A stretch of 64,000 bases of DNA from Neocallimastix sp. 'constans' (taxonomy: Eukaryota): NCBI GenBank assembly GCA_050613775.1, contig JBODTK010000139.1, positions 62,001 to 126,000 of the forward strand. Direction: 5' to 3'. Within the stretch, counting starts at the first letter, position 1, and every line of letters starts with the position of its first letter. The position numbers and the translations under genes are program-made. The notes under the pieces were generated by a model. It made no database searches and was not told where the DNA came from. It saw only the letters and a list, made by a program, of their open reading frames with translations. Below are positions 52,301-64,000 of this stretch, piece after piece.

Positions 52301-55300
52301 CTGTTTTATATATATATTATACTTTTTATTTTATTTTATTTTATTCAATCCGTTCTTATATTTATTTTCTAATATTTATTTTATTTTATTTTATTCAATC
52401 CATTCTTATATTTATATTCTACTATTTATTTTATTTTATTTTATTCAATTTGTAGTTATTTTTATATTCTACTATTTATTTTATTTTATTTTATACAATA
52501 TGTATTTATATTTATATTCTATTATTTATTTTATTTTATTCAATCTGTTTTATATATATATTATACTTTTTATTTTATTTTATTTTATTAAATCAGTTTT
52601 ATATTTATTTTCTAATATTTATTTTTTTTTATTTTATTCAATCCGTTCTTATATTTATATTCTACTATTTATTTTATTTTATTTTATTCAATCCATTCTT
52701 ATATTTATATTCTACTATTTATTTTATTTTATTTTATTCAATCTTTACTTATATTTATATTCTACTATTTATTTTATTTTATTTTATTCAATCTGTTTTA
52801 TATATATATTATACTTTTTATTTTATTTTATTTTATTAAATCAGTTTTATATTTATTTTCTAATATTTATTTTTTTTTTATTTTATTCAATCCGTTCTTA
52901 TATTTATATTCTACTATTTATTTTATTTTATTTTATTCAATCTTTACTTATATTTATATTCTACTATTTATTTTATTTTATTTTATTCAATCTGTTTTAT
53001 ATATATATTATACTTTTTATTTTATTTTATTTTATTAAATCAGTTTTATATTTATTTTCTAATATTTATTTTTTTTTTATTTTATTCAATCCGTTCTTAT
53101 ATTTATATTCTACTATTTATTTTATTTTATTTTATTCAATCTGTTTTATATATATATTCTACTATTTATTTTATTTTATTTTATTCAATATGTATTTATA
53201 TTTATATTCTATTATTTATTTTATTTTATTCAATCTGTTTTATATATATATTCTACTATTTATTTTATTTTATTTTATTCAATATGTATTTATATTTATA
53301 TTCTATTATTTATTTTATTTTATTCAATCTGTTTTATATATATATTATACTTTTTATTTTATTTTATTTTATTCAATATGTATTTATATTTATATTCTAT
53401 TATTTATTTTATTTTATTCAATCTTTACTTATATTTATATTCTACTATTTATTTTATTTTATTTTATTCAATTTTTAGTTATATTTATATTCTACTTTTT
53501 ATTTTATTTTAATTTTATTCAATCTGTATTTATATTTATATTCTATTATTTTTTTTATTTTATTCAATCTGTTTTATATATATATTATACTTTTTATTTT
53601 ATTTTATTTTATTCAATCCGTTCTTATATTTATTTTCTAATATTTATTTTATTTTATTTTATTCAATCCGTTCTTATATTTATATTCTACTATTTATTTT
53701 ATTTTATTTTATTCAATTTGTAGTTATTTTTATATTCTACTATTTATTTTATTTTATTTTATACAATATGTATTTATATTTATATTCTATTATTTATTTT
53801 ATTTTATTCAATCTGTTTTATATATATATTATACTTTTTATTTTATTTTATTTTATTAAATCAGTTTTATATTTATTTTCTAATATTTATTTTTTTTTAT
53901 TTTATTCAATCCGTTCTTATATTTATATTCTACTATTTATTTTATTTTATTTTATTCAATCCGTTCTTATATTTATATTCTACTATTTATTTTATTTTAT
54001 TTTATTCAATCTTTACTTATATTTATATTCTACTATTTATTTTATTTTATTTTATTCAATCTGTTTTATATATATATTATACTTTTTATTTTATTTTATT
54101 TTATTAAATCAGTTTTATATTTATTTTCTAATATTTATTTTTTTTTTATTTTATTCAATCCGTTCTTATATTTATATTCTACTATTTATTTTATTTTATT
54201 TTATTCAATCTTTACTTATATTTATATTCTACTATTTATTTTATTTTATTTTATTCAATCTGTTTTATATATATATTATACTTTTTATTTTATTTTATTT
54301 TATTAAATCAGTTTTATATTTATTTTCTAATATTTATTTTTTTTTTATTTTATTCAATCCGTTCTTATATTTATATTCTACTATTTATTTTATTTTATTT
54401 TATTCAATCTTTACTTATATTTATATTCTACTATTTATTTTATTTTATTTTATTCAATCTGTTTTATATATATATTCTACTATTTATTTTATTTTATTTT
54501 ATTCAATATGTATTTATATTTATATTCTATTATTTATTTTATTTTATTCAATCTGTTTTATATATATATTATACTTTTTATTTTATTTTATTTTATTCAA
54601 TTCGTTCTTATATTTATTTTCTAATATTTATTTTATTTTATTTTATTCAATCCGTTCTTATATTTATATTCTACTATTTATTTTATTTTATTTTATTCAA
54701 TTTGTAGTTATTTTTATATTCTACTATTTATTTTATTTTATTTTATTCAATCTGTTTTATATATATATTATACTTTTTATTTTATTTTATTTTATTAAAT
54801 CAGTTTTATATTTATTTTCTAATATTTATTTTTTTTTATTTTATTCAATCCGTTCTTATATTTATATTCTACTATTTATTTTATTTTATTTTATTCAATC
54901 CGTTCTTATATTTATATTCTACTATTTATTTTATTTTATTTTATTCAATTTTTAGTTATATTTATATTCTACTTTTTATTTTATTTTAATTTTATTCAAT
55001 CTGTATTTATATTTATATTCTATTATTTTTTTTATTTTATTCAATCTGTTTTATATATATATTATACTTTTTATTTTATTTTATTTTATTAAATCAGTTT
55101 TATATTTATTTTCTAATATTTATTTTTTTTTATTTTATTCAATCCGTTCTTATATTTATATTCTACTATTTATTTTATTTTATTTTATTCAATCCGTTCT
55201 TATATTTATATTCTACTATTTATTTTATTTTATTTTATTCAATTTTTAGTTATATTTATATTCTACTTTTTATTTTATTTTAATTTTATTCAATCTGTAT

Positions 55301-55633
55301 TTATATTTATATTCTATTATTTTTTTTATTTTATTCAATCTGTTTTATATATATATTATACTTTTTATTTTATTTTATTTTATTAAATCAGTTTTATATT
55401 TATTTTCTAATATTTATTTTTTTTTTATTTTATTCAATCCGTTCTTATATTTATATTCTACTATTTATTTTATTTTATTTTATTCAATCTTTACTTATAT
55501 TTATATTCTACTATTTATTTTATTTTATTTTATTCAATCTGTTTTATATATATATTATACTTTTTATTTTATTTTATTTTATTAAATCAGTTTTATATTT
55601 ATTTTCTAATATTTATTTTATTTTATTTTATTC
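43330..55633 (+). repeat. AT-rich satellite of ~44-51-bp monomers (e.g. ATTCAATCCGTTCTTATATTTATATTCTACTATTTATTTTATTTTATTTT) with a higher-order repeat
   Basis: A limited set of monomer variants (cores TCTGTTTT, TCCGTTCT, TCTTTACT, TATGTATT, TCAGTTTT, TTTTTAGT) recurs in fixed order. Identical spurious ORFs start at 44823, 46100, 47378 and 48655, spaced 1277-1278 bp apart. Confidence 0.97.
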
Positions 55634-55902
55634 TGTTAAAAGAACAAAATTAGATGACACTCAAATTTTATTAAAAAGATATTTAAGAGTTTTGTTAAAG
55701 ACATGTTTTATTTATTTAGTATATTTTATTATTGCATTCTATTTTTTATATATATTATTATGGTTATATCTATATTTTTCAAAAACAAAATATATCCTTT
55801 TGTATTTATACTTTTTTTATACAATAAAATTATTTCATTATTTATATTAATTTATATTTTATTTTAATTTATTTATTGTATGACAAATCATTATTTTTAA
55901 CA
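55634..55902 (-). mobile_element. 3' LTR of copia element 1
   Basis: TGTTAAAA...TTTTAACA; PPT (minus-strand TGGGGGAA) at 55903-55910; abuts the satellite. Confidence 0.88.
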
Positions 55903-56030
55903 TTCCCCCAAAAATCTAACTAAAAAAAACTTAATAATAAGAAAAAAAAGTTAGATTTTAAACATTCACTTAAAGAATATGATGAAACCTTTTTTTAAAA
56001 AAAACTAAAAAATGAGAAAAAAAATTCGTA

Positions 56031-59000
56031 TTAATATTTCGATAATATAGAGTCTCTAAATTTATTCATAAGAGTGTTGTTTAAATATTTAGTAAACCCA
56101 TCTGCTAAGTTATCTTTGGATTTAATATATTTTAGTTTTATTAGTTGTTTATTAACTAAATCTCTGACATGGTGGTATCGGATATCTATGTGTTTTGATT
56201 TTGGATTGATTGATTGATTTTCACTATTGTAAATTGTTGCTTTGTTGTATACATAAATTGTGATGTTGTTTAATTTTATATTTAGTTCATTTAAAAAGTT
56301 TCTATACCAAAGTGTGTGCTTTGCACATTCACTTAAGCTGTAATATTCGGCTTCTGTTGTAGAAGTGGAAACACAATGTTGTAACTTTTAATACCAATGA
56401 CGAATTCAACATCTACAATGTCCTTTATATTAAATTTTTCTTTAATTGAATTTTTAACATTATCAATATCTTTATTTGTACCTGCTATAAGTATATCGTC
56501 AACGTAAACAGATAATATACATACAATTTTGTTTCTTTCATTTATTTTGACATATACACATGGTTCACTTTTAAGTCTCTTGAATCCAATTTTTATAAGT
56601 TCTGAATTTAGTTTATCATTCCACTCTTTACCAGCTTGTTTCAAGCCGTAAAGAGCCTTGTTTAATTTCCAGAATGACTTGCCGTATAAGGGATCTCCTT
56701 CGGGGGTCTTCATGTAAATAACTTCTTTTAATGGTACATTTAGGTACGCTGAATTAATATCGATTTGTTTAATATTAAAATTGTTTTGTACGGCTAACAC
56801 GGTTATTATTCGGATTGTGTCTTGTTTGAGAGTTGGAGCGAAGGTTTCCTTATAATCCACTCCGTATTCTTGAGTATATCCTTTAGCAACGAGTCTAGCC
56901 TTTCTCTTTGTTATGTTGCCATTTGGATCTCTCTTATATTTGAAAACCCAACGTGATGAAATAACGTTGGATCCATTGGGTACTGATTTTACTATTGTAT
57001 AAACATTAAGTTTTCTCATATTGTTTAGTTCCTCTTTTACCGAATTTAACCATTTTATCTTATCGTTTAATTTGAATATATCTCTATAATTGTATGGTTC
57101 AACTAGATTATTTGTTTTTGAGTTTGGTGTTTTCGTATTGTTAATCTTTTTTCGTTTTATTATTGTATTATTTTGTTTATTTAATTTTCTTTTATTATTG
57201 TAATTATTTTTGTTGTCAATATTAATGTATATGTTATTGTCGTTGTTGATAATGTTATTGATATTATTGTTGATATTATTGTTGGTATTATTTTTGGTAT
57301 TATTTTTGGTTTTATTGTTGATATTGTTGCTAATATTATTATTCATATTATTATTTCTTGTATTGTCAGGTATGTGAAAAATTTGATTATTATTAGCTGT
57401 GTTGTTATTTATTTTATTTTCTTTTGATTTTATATTAATATCCGATTTATTATCTAAGTAAATTGATTGATTGCTATGTGGATATTGTTTTAAAAATTTT
57501 ATATGACTGCTCTCCCTGAATTCGTTATTGGTAGGGAAGTGATATAAAAGCAGATTTCCGGGTTCGTTTTCCATGAATTCAACAGTACGGGCGGTAACAA
57601 TTTTGTTATATATTAAATCAAAAATTTTATATGCATTAGTATTATTGCAGTAACCAATAAAGACACCAGGATGGGCGTTGTTGTCGAATTTCGATCGAAG
57701 TTCTTTTGGAACATAAAAGTACACACGGCATCCAAAAACACGAAATATATTATAATTAACGGATTTTTTGTAAAGTATCTCGTAAGGGACTTTGTTTTCA
57801 TTGCCTTGATGAGGGAGTCTATTATGGATAAAGTTAGCTGTATCTACTGCGTACTCCCAAAAATGGCGACTAAGTTTCGCTTCATTTAACAGAGCTTTTG
57901 CAGAAGAGATAAGGATACCGTTAAGTCTTTCGACTTTTCCATTTTGGGAAGGATTATATGGAACTGTGAAGTTATGGATTATTCCATTCTCTTGACAAAA
58001 TGTTTGGAAATTGGTATTGCTAAATTCTTTACCATTATCTGACTTGATTGATTTGACGTTAATATTAAATGTATTATATATGTTGTTGTGCCAGATAATA
58101 AATTTGTCGAATATGTCTGTTTTATTTTCAGAAAATATAACCCATGCGAAGCGAGAAAAATCATCAAGGATGGATAGAAAATATTTATTATTGTTAATAG
58201 ATTGTGTGATCGGACCAACCAAATCTAAATGTATTAGATCAAATATTTGATTAGTTTTATTAATTGAAAGTTTGTAGGGTTTATTTTTCATTTTTGAATT
58301 AATGCAAATGGAACATTTGTTATTTTTAATGTTGATGTTGTTTAATTTGTCTTTAATTTTTGAAATATCATAGTGGCCAAGACGTCTATGCCACAGGTTC
58401 ATCATTTTATAATTGTTGATTTTCACTTTGTTGATTTCATATTTATTGTTTTGATTATCATATGTAAATTTAGATGGGTTTTTTGAGATAAAAACTTTAA
58501 AAATGTTTTTGTTGTCCGATATTGAATTATAAATTCTTTTTCCATCTTCATTGTAAATGATAGCTTGAGTTGAATTATTATTGTTGTTGAATATTATTTT
58601 GTAATTTTGTTTAATCAATTGATTTATTGATATTAGGTTTCTTTTGATAAATTTTGAGTAAAAAACATCTTTTAGGATAAATTTATGTTCGTCTATGTAA
58701 CCAACAAAGTCTCCAATATAACTTGAACGTATTTCTTTTCCATCGGCAGGTATAATATTTGTGTTGCACTTTTTGAGGTTGATAAGGGAATTAATATCAT
58801 TGGTAGTGCTTATTGAAGCACCAGAATCGAGGATCCAAATCATGAAATTGTTATTATTTATTTCTCGTGTTAATTTGTTGTAATTATTATCAGTCTCGAT
58901 GCTATTAATTTCTATTGCACTTTCCGAGTTATAATCTTTTATAAAATCCTCTTGATAATTATCTTTGTAATTATTAGAAGCATCTATTGAATATACTGGT

Positions 59001-59965
59001 TTGTTGCTTGAAGGGTTAGGATTACATTTTCTTTCTTTGTTTTTGTTTAATTTATTTTTACCAAATCTTTTAGTTTTATTTCTTTTGTTTTTGAAGCACT
59101 CTTTTTGATAATGGCCGTATTTTCCACAAAGAAAGCATCTTCCATTCCTTCTTCGTCTCAATTTGTGGTTTAATTTATTATGGATATGGTTGTTCTTGGT
59201 TTGAAGGTTGAAAACGTTTTTTGGCTTTAATTCTAGTATCTCTTTTTCTTTTAACCTCGAGTATACGATATCCGGAATCAGTCTTTTCACATAGGCACAG
59301 CATTCTTTCCAATTATTATTAAACTGAAAAACATTGATCCATTTTAAATCTTCTGGAAGGGCCCTGGCTAAGATTCCTACCTTAACATTGTTTGCCATTG
59401 TGGAATCTATATTCTCTAATTCCTCTATCATGTTTTGGAGGTTTGCAATAAAAATATGAATGTCATCCTCCATATTGAACTTTAATAAATTTAGTTTTTG
59501 TTTTAGGATCATCTTTTTATGTTCAATGCCTAAAGTGAAAGACTCTTGAAGAAATTGCCACATTTGGTAGGCGGTTTTGTTGTGGCTCTTAAGTAGTGCT
59601 TTTGTTTTCTCGCCGAGGCTGTTGGTAATGATCCACTTGACGAGAATATCTTTCTTTATGTCCTCCTTAGTAGTGTTTGGAGCATACACTAAGGACCCAT
59701 CAAAATTGTCTATTATATAGTTTTCTATATTGTCCGTGATATCGCGCCTTTTAAGTTTCTTCACAACAGGGGAACTAATATATTCTTCTAAATTATTGAT
59801 AGTAAGTAGATATAGGATATTGGTCCTCCAATATTGGAAATTTTCTAGAGTTAGTTCACATACATTGTTGAAGTTTTCCGAGTAGTTGAACTGAATCCCT
59901 TTGGGTAAGATATCATTGGTGATATCTATAAGACGAGAATTATTATTTCTAGCTGGTCTTGGCAT
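56031..59965 (-). pseudogene. pol: Ty1/copia gag-pol of element 1; an internal deletion near 56385 frameshifts the RNase H tail
   Basis: 1210-aa ORF with a CCHC knuckle (CFLCGKYGHYQKEC), WILDSGAS protease, WHRRLGH, integrase (HLDLVGP, SDNGKEF, QNGKVER), KARLVAKG and YVDD in copia domain order. The tail LQHCVSTSTTEAEY..KHIDIRYHH..LADGFTK lies in another frame and ends at 56031. Confidence 0.96.
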
Positions 59966-60094
59966 TTTGAATGAATTAATACTGTAATTATTGTTTTGAA
60001 CGATTTAATCAATATATATATATTTTTAAATTGGAGAATAAAATATAAATTTTCTTGTTGTCTTTTTATACATTTCGAATTGTCAAAAATATTA

Positions 60095-60337
60095 TGTTAA
60101 GAAACACTCAAATAAGTTATAATAAACACAATAATAAATATATATGGATTAGTAGTTTTTAGAAAAATATTTTTTTATAACAGTATAAATTATTTTTATT
60201 CTTTTTTGTATAAGATATTATTTTTTATAAAATAATAATTCCATGATTTTTATACTTTTTATTTTAAATATTAATACAAGTAATTGGTCATAATTTATAT
60301 TAAAAATAGATTAATTAAATTAATCATTATTTTGACA
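60095..60337 (-). mobile_element. Copia LTR shared between elements 2 and 1
   Basis: TGTTAA...TTGACA; PPT at 60338-60345; lies ~130 bp upstream of the element 1 ATG; related to but diverged from 55634-55902. Confidence 0.85.
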
Positions 60338-60410
60338 TTCCCCCAAAAATCTAGCTTCAAAAAAAAACTTTTTAAAAGATAAAAAAAAATGAATATAGAT
60401 TTTAATATAA

Positions 60411-63400
60411 TTAATTAATTATTTTCGTTAATAAGGTATTTCTAAATTTGTCCATTAAAGAGTTATTTAAGTATTTTGTAAAACCATCAGCAAGGTTGTC
60501 CTTTGATTTTATGTATTTTAATTTTATAATTTTCTTATTTACTAAATCCCTAATATGATGATACCTAATATCAATGTGTTTTGATTTCGGATTTATTGAT
60601 TGATTTTCACTATTATATATTGTTGCTTTATTGTCTACGAAAATTGTTATTTCTTTAATATTTATGTTTAATTCGTTTAGTAAATTTTTGTACCATAATG
60701 AATGTTTTGCGCATTCACTTAAGCTATAATATTCAGCTTCTGTAGTTGAGGTGGAGACATAGTGCTGTAATTTGGAATACCAACTTGTTGGAGTGTCCCC
60801 CATTAACATGAGAAATCCAGAAGTTGATTTTCTTGTATTCGGATCGCCAGCAAAATCGGCATCTACAAATATTTTTAAATTCATTCCCTTTTCTATTTTG
60901 ATTCCATAACTTTTTGTATATTTGAGATATCTAAAAATTTTTAAAACATTCATCCAATCTTCTAAGTTGGGATCTGTTGATTTTCTTGAAGCTCTACTAA
61001 CAGCAAAAAGAATATCAAGACGGGTACAGATAGCTAAATATAGTAAACTTCCTATTGCACTTCGGTATTTTGTTTCATTGAATTTCTTGGTTCTTAGATT
61101 TGGATTTATTAATGGCATAAGATTTTTTACTGGTGTTAAGTTGTTAATATCGAATTTATTTAAAATGTCATTTATATATCTACCTTGATGTAAAATGTAA
61201 CCATTTAAAGTTTTGGTAAATTTTATTCCAATTACAAATTCAACATCCCCAATATCCTTTATATTGAACTTCCTTTGAATAGATTGTTTTACTTTATTTA
61301 TTTCTTGATTTGTTCCTGCAATGAGAATGTCATCAACGTATACTGAGAGAATACAAACTATTTCCTTCCCATTGTTTAATTTAATATAAACACATGGCTC
61401 ACTTTTTATTCTATTGAAACCTATTTTTATCAATTCTTCATTGAGTTTATCATTCCATTCTTTACCAGCTTGTTTTAAGCCGTAAAGAGCTTTGTGAAGT
61501 TCCCAAAAAGATTTTCCGTAAGATGGATGACCCTCTGGTGCTTTCATGTATATATGCTCATTTAATGGTGCATTTAAATAAGCTGAATTGATGTCTATTT
61601 GAACAATATTAAAATTTTTCTGAACCGCGATAACTGTAATGATTCGAACTGTATCCTGTTTTAGTGTTGGTGCAAATGTTTCTTTGTAGTCGATACCGTA
61701 CTTTTGAGTGTATCCTTTTGCAACTAATCTTGCCTTTCTTTTAATAACATTTCCGTTTGAATCTCTTTTATACTTAAATACCCATCGTGATGATATTACG
61801 TTGGATCCTGATGGTACTGTTTTAACAATTTTATAAACATCAAGATTTTTCATGATTTTTAATTCTTTCTTGATTGCGTTTAGCCATTCTATTTTATCTT
61901 TAAATTTAAATATATCCTTGAAGTTATATGGTTCAATTAATGTATTTTCATTAATTTTCATGTCTGATTCATCTGTGTTGTTTATTTTTTTTCTTTTATT
62001 TGAATTAATTGTAAAATTGTTTAAATTCCTTTTTGAATTTTTAGGATGTTGATAGTTTTGATTTTTCTCTTTATTTGTGTTATATTTATTATTAATGTTG
62101 TTAATTTCTTGTTGGTTTTCTGTTGATATTTTGTTGTTATCATTTTCAGTCGTATTTTTAATTTCATTATTAATATTGATTGAATTATTATTGAAATTGT
62201 GATCATTTGAATTTATCAATTCCTGATTGAAAGTATTGTTACTATTATTGATTGAATTATTGTCAATAGTATTGTTGTTATTTTCATTATTATTATTTTG
62301 ATTACTGTTATTAATGATAATTTTTTTATTATTATTTTGATAATTGGGATAATATTTACGACTAATTCTATTTGTTTTAGAGGATTTATTTTTGGATTGA
62401 TTTTTAATATTTTTATTCTGGTTAATATTTCTATTCTGGTTAAAATTTGTTGTAGCATTTCTTTCATTGATAATATCTGTTATTTTATTATTATAATCAT
62501 CAATTTCATTACGGTATCTAAGTCGGTTTAGACAGTTGCTCTCCCTGAATTTGTTATTGGAATGAATACGATTTAAAAAGGAATTTCCTGGTTCATTTTC
62601 CATAAATTCTACAGTGCGAGATTGGATGATTTTATTATTGATAACATCAAGAATTTTGTAAGTGGAAGGATGATCGCCATATCCAAGAAAAATACCAGGA
62701 TGTGAATTATTGTCAAATTTTGATCTTAGTTCCTTTGGCACAAAGAAATAGACTCTACATCCGAATACTCTAAGTGTATTGTAATCTACAGACTTATTAT
62801 AAAATACTTCAAATGGAATTTTGTTTTGAATGCCTTGATGGGGAAGTCGATTATGAATATAGTTTGCAGTATCAACAGCAAACTCCCAAAAATCATGACT
62901 GAGTTTAGCGTCGTTAAGAAGTGATTTTGAAGAAGCAATGAGTATACCATTAAATCTTTCAGCCCTTCCATTTTGAGAAGGGTTATAAGGAACTGAAAAC
63001 TGATGATGAATTCCATTTTCTTCACAGAAAATTTGAAATTTACTATTTTGAAATTCCTTCCCATTATCAGATCGAATTGCTTTGATATTTATATTTAATG
63101 AATTATAAATTTTATTATACCAAATGAAAAATTTGTTAAATACATCATTTTTATTTTCAGTGAAGATGACCCATCCATATCTAGAGTAGTCATCTAAAAT
63201 TGAAAGGAAATACTTATTGTTATTTATTGAAGGATTAACAGGTCCTACAAGATCTAGATGTATTAATTCTAAAATTTGTTTAGTCTTATTGGTAGATGGT
63301 TTAAATGACTTATTTTTTAATTTGGAATTAATACATACTGGGCATTTTAATTTTAGATTGATATTACTTAATTTATTTTTTATTTTAGAAATATCATAAT

Positions 63401-64000
63401 GACCTAGGCGTCTATGTCAAAGGTCTATTACTTGTTGGTTATTTGATACTGTATAATTGATTTTGTTATGTTTTGTTGAATTTAAATTTGTTTGGTGTTT
63501 GGAAGTGAAAATTTGATATGTATTTTTATCATTAGATAAAGATTTATAAATTCTATTTCCATTATTATCATAAATTAATGCTTGTGGGGAGTTGTCATAA
63601 TTATTGAATATTACTTTATAATTTTGAGAAATTAATTGATTGATTGAAATTAAGTTTCTCTTAATATATCGTGAATAATAAACATTTTTTAAAATGAATT
63701 TGTTGTTGTTAATGAATCCTACAAAATCGCCACAAAATTCAGATAATACTTCTTTACCATTCGCTAGTAAAATTTTTGTTTTACATTTTTTAATGTTAGT
63801 AAGAAATTTTATGTCATTAATAGTACTGATTGATGCACCTGAATCTAAAATCCAAACTATGAAGTTATTATTATATATATTACTATTTTCGTGATTTTTA
63901 TTATTTATTCTTTATAAATAATTAATTTCGATTGCATTGTCAGAGTTATAATCTTTAGAAAAATCTTCTAAGTAGTCGTCTTTATAGTTGTTGTAATTGC
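60411..64000 (-). pseudogene. pol: Ty1/copia pol of element 2 (runs off the window); in-frame TGG>TGA stop at 63417-63419
   Basis: 776-aa ORF with RT (YVDD) and RNase H (VDADFAGD, TEAEY, KHIDIRYHH). Upstream in frame: DL*HRRLGH, HLDLVGP and SDNGKEF; WILDSGAS near 63850. Confidence 0.95.

Noticed and set aside
42582..54955. Many F/I/L/Y-rich ORFs up to 407 aa that look like membrane proteins
   Set aside because: They are translations of the T-rich satellite strand, which seldom contains stop codons, and they repeat with the satellite period.
57100..57450. Asn-rich insert between integrase and RT in both copia elements as a captured domain
   Set aside because: Low-complexity AAT/AAC expansion in a linker known to be variable; poorly conserved between the two elements.

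Overview
Extremely AT-rich eukaryotic DNA with no recognisable host protein-coding gene. It looks fungal; an anaerobic gut fungus (Neocallimastigomycota) is my best guess, but that is inference only. Bases 1-42500 are a nested pile of decayed Ty3/gypsy LTR retrotransposons from at least four pol lineages, three with a C-terminal chromodomain or chromodomain-like tail. Many solo LTRs have readable 5-bp target-site duplications (TSDs); I label the LTR families A-G for convenience. This part also holds a tRNA-headed SINE with a 14-bp TSD, a MITE-like element and tRNA-like remnants. Bases ~42700-55633 are a ~13-kb satellite of ~44-51-bp monomers with a ~1277-bp higher-order repeat and a polarity switch, a candidate centromeric or pericentromeric region. 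Bases 55634-64000 are two tandem Ty1/copia elements that share one LTR. Three signals stand out. (1) Six diverged family C LTR copies carry a covarying structured-RNA cassette: an ENE-like U-rich internal loop, an H-type pseudoknot and hairpins. (2) The same stack of LTR insertions at a GTGCA/CATGG site at the start of family A LTRs occurs at two loci, suggesting LTR-terminus-targeted integration. (3) Pol III/tRNA-derived modules occur both as a SINE and inside an LTR. All structures and alignments were read by eye, not computed.
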